Shown piece by piece: positions 58,560-64,000 of a stretch of 64,000 bases of DNA. Numbering within the stretch: the stretch's first letter is position 1; every line of letters begins with the position of its first letter. The notes below the pieces were generated by a model. It was given only the letters and a program-made list of their open reading frames with translations. It searched no databases and was not told the DNA's origin. Made by a program: the position numbers and the translations under genes. Source of the stretch: Octopus bimaculoides (Eukaryota); assembly GCF_001194135.2 (NCBI RefSeq), contig NC_068993.1:52619883-52683882 (forward strand), in the 5' to 3' direction.

Positions 58560-58900
58560 TAAACACTATGGGTGCTTTGTCAGGTTTTTAGCGAATATTG
58601 CCTTGATCAAGCACAGATTTTTATGAGGCTCATCGAGAGGTCACAGCTCAGCTACTACAGGCATATGATTAGAATGTCGCAGGAAAGAATAGCAAGACGG
58701 ATTCTTCAAGCCGAGCCAACCAGTAGGAGATCTGAGGTTAGACCAAAAACGTGACGGTTGGATAGTTTTATAGTCTCAGTTAGTCTCGCTTGGGAACCCA
58801 GCCAAAAAGTGTAATGACGATCGCTTCTCATAGAACCCTATGGAAGAGGTGCCTAAGGATTCTACCCTCATGGCCCTCCCAGGAATGGTCAGCAGAAAAG
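58560..58900 (+). mobile_element. RTE LINE 3' fragment
   Basis: QLSYYRHMIRMSQERIARRILQAEPTSRRSEVRPK. Confidence 0.75.
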
Positions 58901-59209
58901 ATGGCTGCATAGATGGACACGCATTTCAAGTCTGGTTGATAACTGAATCAAGATGAAGGGCGTCCAGCGTGACGAATCACGAGCAAAACATAAAAATATA
59001 TATATAAATAGATATAGAATTCGTGAACTCCCCGACTAGAGTTGTGACCAAAAAGCCCATCAGCTCTCTCAAGTGAATGGAATTAGTTATCAAGAGTGGG
59101 TGAAACATGAGGGTATCTATGTGTCTTCACGACTAGCTGGACAACTTAAAGAATTAACTAAAGCATGGAACATGCTATCAAGTCATATACGCTTGCGGGT
59201 ATCGAACAT

Positions 59210-59264
59210 ATATATATGTGTGTGTGTGTGCGTGTGTGTGTATACTTACATATATGTACATACA

Positions 59265-59313
<49 letters not shown>

Positions 59314-60043
59314 CAAAAACACAATAACAAAAAAACAAAAAAACAACAAGGTGAGGACGTGATATGGATAGTATTATTGGACGCTCAGGAAAGGAAAGAT
59401 ATATATATATATATATATAAACATGCATATACACGTATACACATATATAAATATATACACATATGTATAAATATATATATACATGTATACATTTTTATAC
59501 ACATACTATTATATACATACATACATACATGCACGCACACATTCATATACCTATATGCGTACCTACATGCATACATACGTACATACATACGTACATACAT
59601 ACGTACATAAATGGATACCTTTCTTTTCTTCAAGACCAGACCTCGTTTCGTCGATAAAGTTCGACTCATCAGCGGAGACTTGAAGACAGAAAAACAGAGT
59701 TAACAGCTGTCCTTTCTTATTGATGTTAAAGTTCGGTCAACCCCGTGCAGTTAGTCTGCCTTCCCTGTAGTAGAACTAACAAAAGCATTCGGACGATTTC
59801 GTGAAACAGATCGGGCACCTCCGTAGAATTAATGCATTTCATAGGAATAAAACTTCTATAGGAATAGAAAAGATAGTCTAATCGAAGGAGACTGCGGTCT
59901 TGGGTCTAATCCCTATTGGCTCAGACATAAATAAATACAGGCGCGCGCGCTCACACACACATATATGTATATGCATACACACACACACTTATACACATAC
60001 ATATGTTCAAATATATGTATATATTTGTGTATATGTGTAGTGC

Positions 60044-60091
<48 letters not shown>

Positions 60092-60158
60092 TATATATTT
60101 GTATACATATATTTATGTATGTATGTATATCTATCTATCTGTCTATCTATCTGTCTAT

Positions 60159-60196
<38 letters not shown>

Positions 60197-60260
60197 CTCT
60201 CTGCGTATGTGTGTGTGTGCATGTGCATGCGTGTGTATGTATGCATGTGTGTGTGCTTGT
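59210..60260. repeat. Compound microsatellite field (TA, TG, TACA, TATC) surrounding a 320-bp unique island
   Basis: Directly visible. Confidence 0.9.
59627..59686 (-). ncRNA. Type I hammerhead ribozyme motif (intronic, formin sense strand)
   Basis: UCUUCAAG-UCU-CCG CUGAUGA GUCGA-ACUUUA-UCGAC GAAA C-GAG-G UC^ UGG-U-CUUGAAGA. All core nucleotides are intact and three stems can form. Confidence 0.8.
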
Positions 60261-60369
60261 GAGTTAGCGTGTTTACGTGTGTGAGTTTGTTTACGCATGG
60301 GATAAACACGGATTGTTATCACGGACTACGGTTTCGTTTAATCAGCTTTTCGAGTCGCCGTGCATATAA

Positions 60370-61500
60370 GAGGCATGGAAAGATGCATGGACAGAAAAGA
60401 GTAGAATGACTGCTAACGAATTCAGCGTTTTAGATCATTGAAGTCTGCTGTGACCTGTCACTGCATTCTTCTAAGGAGACGGATGGGGTTTTGAAGTTGT
60501 CAAAAGAGCATGTTTTGAGCATGTTTTGGCTCGTCGAAATCATTCGCTTTCCTTGAAATGTAAGATTGACTCTGATGATGATTTATATGGTATTTTTCTG
60601 TGAGGCATTGTTTTCCCCATTTTTCTCTGTTCGTAGATGCCTGCACCTTACGTAATACTGCCCGTAAAATCTTCGTCTCTACTTAATCTTTCAATTTCCA
60701 AATATATTTTGAAAGTTCTGAAGTATTTCACTGTGGCAATGACAGGATGAGATATTTGTTGGTGCAAGTAAACTTTGAAGGAGTTCTCTGAAAGATTTAT
60801 ATAGCTTCATAATGTGTCGCTAGTGGCGACACCAGCATGTAAGATAATACTTTTCAAAGGATGCATAAACAACTAGTTAAATGCCATTAAGATCGAAAAG
60901 TATTGCAAATAAACTTAAAGCGAATACAGTCAATTTGCAATTGATAAAATATAAATTTTTTGCCCTCGAGAAGGTATTGTGTAATGTATTTATATGTCCA
61001 CCTGGAATACATCATGAATAATGAGGGTATATTTGAGACGAAGGTATAATGCTTCCATCAATTAGGGCTAGTCAAGCGTCTTCAATCGTTTTCGTTTTTC
61101 AGTTTAAAACTATTAGTAATAAGAGACATCGCAATAATATTGAGATATTTCTTTGATACGCTGCGTTCTCTATCTGAACAATGTCAAATCTGTCCAGTGA
61201 ATGAATTAGATCAATGCAATCCACAATAGATACCTGAGGAAATCTGTTAAATCTTTAGGTCTAACGAAATGTGAAATGAAGAGCTGAACTGGAAAATTGG
61301 TTGAAAAACTGTTGTCCTTGAAATATAATGCTGGTGGCGACCTAGATGACTGGACCCTGCATTCGGAGTGGACTGAGAAAGAATACCTAAGGTAGCATTA
61401 AGGAAAACACCACCTGGAAAGTACAAAGTAGGACGGTCAAATGACAGTGGACATAGAACAGTTGAAGGTAAGTCAAGAGAAAGGAATCGGTTCATGAGTA
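60370..61500 (-). mobile_element. Decayed LINE (endonuclease/linker region)
   Basis: Fragmented ORF (DLPSTVLCPLSFDRPTLYF...) similar in character to the other LINE relics. Confidence 0.45.
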
Positions 61501-61712
61501 AAGTAACAAAGACTTGCGAAAGACTTGCTGAATGCCATTCAAATCGTCGAAGTTTTATTTCCCAACTTGGAAGAAAAGGATTAATATTAAAAACAATAAT
61601 GTCAAGTACTTATTTTATCGATCCGTCCGGAGTCCAGCATAGAAAGTTTTTAGCTCAGTTTTGAACCCCAAAAGATGGTTGTAGAATCCACAGCCCTGTA
61701 AACTCATTTGTA

Positions 61713-61793
<81 letters not shown>
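61713..61793. repeat. (TG)n microsatellite
   Basis: ~40 units; similar arrays at 57040-57090 and 57320-57366. Confidence 0.95.
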
Positions 61794-61795
<2 letters not shown>

Positions 61796-62869
61796 TGACT
61801 GGATTAAATATATTGAAGAATTTAGTCTTTGCTTTGAATTTAAACCCCATAGGGATCAACTTCGACTTCTTTCTAAAGCTGATAAAATATGCTGGACTTG
61901 ATTCAATTCTGTTTACAACATTTCATGGAATTTGCGATGTTCATAACTTCCCTCACAGCATTGCCAATGGTAAGAAGAGAAATTGACTTCAATACCATTT
62001 TCAGACTTTACTGCAACTTTGACTTATTATGAGCTTGCCAATTTTTGTCGGGACCTCAAAGCATCCTAGGCCCAATCTTTACTGGGGAAGAGATGGAACC
62101 AAATAATTACTCTCTGACATTGCTGTTTCAGACAATATTAAGATAATATATGTAGTGTGCCTTACGTTCTGAGTTCAAATTCCGCCGAGGTCGACTTTGC
62201 CTTTCATCCTTTCGGGTTCGATTAATTGCGTACCAGTTGCGTACTGGGGTCGATCTAATCGACTGGCCTCCTCCCCCAAAATTTCGGGCCTTGTGCCTAG
62301 AGTAGAAAAGAAGATGTAGTGTGACTGCAAGGTGGCGAGCTCGCAGAATCGTTACCGTACCGGACAAATGCTTAGCGTCATTTCGTCTGTCCTTATGTTC
62401 AATTTCCGCCGAGATCGACTCCGCTTTTCATCCTTTCGAGATCGATAAAATAAGTACCAGTTGAGCACTGGGGGCGAGGTAATCGACTTATCCACTCACC
62501 CAAAATTGTGGGCCTTCTGCCAAAATTTAAAACCGATATGTAGTATGTTCTCATCGGGAGCATTGAGGATGTAAATTAAAACTATCACAGTTACGTGTTC
62601 TTGCAAATTGTTATCGGTGAAGATTCTAATATTTGTCATTCGGCAAAGTAAATATTTACTTGTTGACAGATACATTTCCTCGTGATGTGTAGAATTACTA
62701 AGCACGTGAACACGTGACAAATGAAAGATCGTGACTGGCTCTAATGGAAGTTGGTATGGTTAAAGTTCAAAATTTGAAAAGAGTTCATACAAAATAATCT
62801 CCGGTAAATGTGTACCGTGTTTAGTAACTTAGTGTGATGGAAAACTCAAACGAACACACATATAACTCA

Positions 62870-63665
62870 TTTATTCATGAGAACGAAGGAAATCGAAGAG
62901 ACCTACCTCACAGACTGCCAGAGAACTTTCCAGTAGAGTCTTAATATCATTTTTAAAACAAGGAGATTTTTCAATGGAGTGTTTCTTAATGTGAAATCGA
63001 AAACTGGACGTCTGTCCGTCCATCATCGTCCGACTAGCTCCCACGAAAAGATTTGGAAAAGTTGGTTTAAAACTCCTACGGGAACCATTTGACTGTTTTA
63101 AGTGACAGGACGATGAGATGCCCATCTTTGGTTTGTACTGACTTTTTAAAAAAGTTTTTCTAAGATTGTCTTCGTTGATGTGTCAAATTCTGTGTTTCGT
63201 TTCTGATGTCATCATCATCATAAATATTAATGTAATGATGTAGTTACACTATTACTACCACTCCTGCTGCTAATGTTGCAGATTATTTTTATACAAGAAA
63301 AACTTGGTCATATTTTATATTCAAACCCAATATTTTCATTGTTTTTGTTTTCTTTCAAATAGGTTTAATTTTATTTTGTTTACGAAATTTGAACGCAAGA
63401 TAAAAACTTGACTGATCTTCATTCCTGGACTCACTCCCAGCAACAATCATATTCGAAACCTCTTTTATAATTGTTGTGATGCTAACAAACCGTTACCATT
63501 CTCATTGTGGATGCATAGATGCAGTAGATTCACCAATAAATGCCATATAATCGAAATTAAAAAGACAGATATGTTTATAGAAGATTCTGGATAATTTACC
63601 AACATAATTGAAGAACAATGGAACATTTCATGTTTGAAGTAGCAACACCAGTAAATACCAGTTCA
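62870..63665 (-). mobile_element. Possible very old Helitron/Pif1 helicase relic
   Basis: VFTGVATSN (motif Ia-like) and SFRF...LAVCEVGL..SH (C-terminal motif-like); weak. Confidence 0.3.
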
Positions 63666-64000
63666 TCAGACGAATGTAAATATTTGTTTAATGTAAATAT
63701 AAAAATATTTTCGACTAACAGTTAGATATCAGGTTACAAAGTATATCCTAGTACCATGTTAATTAAATAACATCATCATAAACAGTCGACATCAATCTGA
63801 TTATATCGTTAAAGCAAATAATAATGGCAACCTCTAGTTTTGTGACGTCAGTTTGTGTCACATTCTAATGCAATGTTTCCTTTGTTGGTATAACTAACAA
63901 ACTTGTGTGTGCTTTCTCCTGCCTCGTCGTACGGTTTGCTTTGATTAACATAAAATTTATAGATTCTAAATTCCAGTATATATATATATATATATATATA

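Noticed and set aside
59619-59678. In-frame 60-nt candidate formin exon (AAG acceptor, AAG|GTATCC donor; SPLMSRTLSTKRGLVLKKRK)
   Set aside because: The peptide does not resemble the expected DID segment (..LDALDHYK), and the sequence is fully explained by the hammerhead motif. Exonisation cannot be excluded without RNA-seq.
56369-64000. Search for upstream formin GBD/DID exons
   Set aside because: No convincing exon found; probably beyond 64000 or inside the 57367-58305 gap.

Overview
Eukaryotic, AT-rich, repeat-dense genomic DNA from a draft assembly with eight N gaps. The SINE/RTE repeat families look like those of a coleoid cephalopod, probably Octopus (inference). Three spliced genes are packed tightly. 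(1) Mitochondrial initiation factor 3 (MTIF3, minus strand): two coding exons found, the 3' exon(s) not located. (2) A complete 17-exon FIP1L1 (plus strand, 5111-25001, 526 aa), head-to-head with MTIF3 across only 284 bp. (3) An INF2-like formin (minus strand): 12 coding exons from 56368 to 25503, N-terminus outside the window, tail-to-tail with FIP1L1 across 501 bp. I checked every exon junction by hand for GT/AG and reading-frame continuity. Introns hold tRNA-derived SINEs, RTE and CR1/Jockey-like LINE relics, Penelope-like fragments, mariner, piggyBac-type and Tigger-type MITEs, a 2.4 kb Chapaev3-like transposon and several Helitron relics. The most notable signals are RNA-structural. A type I hammerhead ribozyme with a fully intact core lies on the formin sense strand (59627-59686). 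Four more degenerate hammerhead-like cores are present, two of them at the ends of a ~930 bp intronic foldback. There is also a decayed HDV-like fold, and inverted repeats bracket individual FIP1L1 exons. No prokaryotic-type system (CRISPR, operon) is present.
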